Assembly: GCA_000708835.1 (NCBI GenBank)
Contig: DF237068.1
Location: forward strand, 48,923-112,922
From: Klebsormidium nitens
Taxonomy: Eukaryota > Plantae > Klebsormidiophyceae
Reading direction: 5' to 3'
Length of the DNA: 64,000 bases
The position numbers and the translations under genes were made by a program. The notes beneath the pieces were generated by a model, which searched no databases, was not told the DNA's origin, and was given only the letters and a program-made list of their open reading frames with translations. Shown piece after piece: positions 63,554 to 64,000 of the stretch. The first letter of the stretch is position 1; every line of letters starts with the position of its first letter.

Positions 63554-64000
63554 GTGAGTCCGCTTCCGGTTCCGGTCCCGCTCTTCCGTCTTCCTTCTGA
63601 GGTGCTTTGTGCGTGAGAGCGGCCGACAGCGACCTTCCCAAAGGGGCGGAAGAGTAAGAAGCCGTTTCCGACCTTTTACTTACACTGAAAAGAGGATGAA
63701 GCAGCAAACGCGGGCGGCAGAAAGCCTTTGACTCATCGATTTTCACCTCTCAACTGCTTAGATCCTGGTAAGGAGTTACAAGGACCTTAGAACGGATGAT
63801 CCGCGCAATCGCCCCATTGCACCTGGTTCCGGACCACTTTGATGACTCGTCATCTCTTTCCCTTGGTCTTACTTTTTTCCGTTCCAGCTTTCTTTCCTAG
63901 CGCAACTGCTGTATTGAATGCCGCAAAGGGCGGCAGTTGTTAGAATCTGCAACTCGTCGATGGTATCAAGCTCAACTTCCGTCGCGCTTCAAACATCTAG

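Noticed and set aside
1-64000. CRISPR array, rRNA, tRNA or an intact transposase
   Set aside because: No constant-length repeat-spacer run, no RNA-gene signatures, and no DDE, RT or tyrosine-recombinase motifs were found by eye.

Overview
Eukaryotic nuclear DNA of roughly balanced GC with GT-AG introns. The one intact gene looks streptophyte, so a charophyte alga such as Klebsormidium is plausible (inference). Only one complete gene is supported: a 7-exon, 322-aa soluble ABC-ATPase of the ABCI19/20/21 group (54698-59991, +). It carries a partially duplicated, frame-preserving copy of exon 6 inside intron 6. A probable first exon of another gene starts at 63366. Most of the first 51 kb is pseudogenic. 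At 1270-2338 is a bacterial-type flavin monooxygenase pseudogene with a large internal deletion. Small relics resemble a subtilase (about 5.3-6.1 kb) and an SF2 helicase (about 51 kb). The dominant feature is a ~43 kb head-to-tail array (about 6.4-49.9 kb) of at least ten decayed, rearranged copies of one ~4.5 kb intron-poor gene, read on the minus strand, whose family I cannot identify. Its reconstructed protein has a recurring G-[RNH]-[DEN]-x4-7-GH motif. Four copies share a terminal stop, and in three of them paired CACGTG-type boxes follow the stop. No rRNA, tRNA, CRISPR array or recognisable transposase was seen. All alignments were done by eye, so unit boundaries are approximate.
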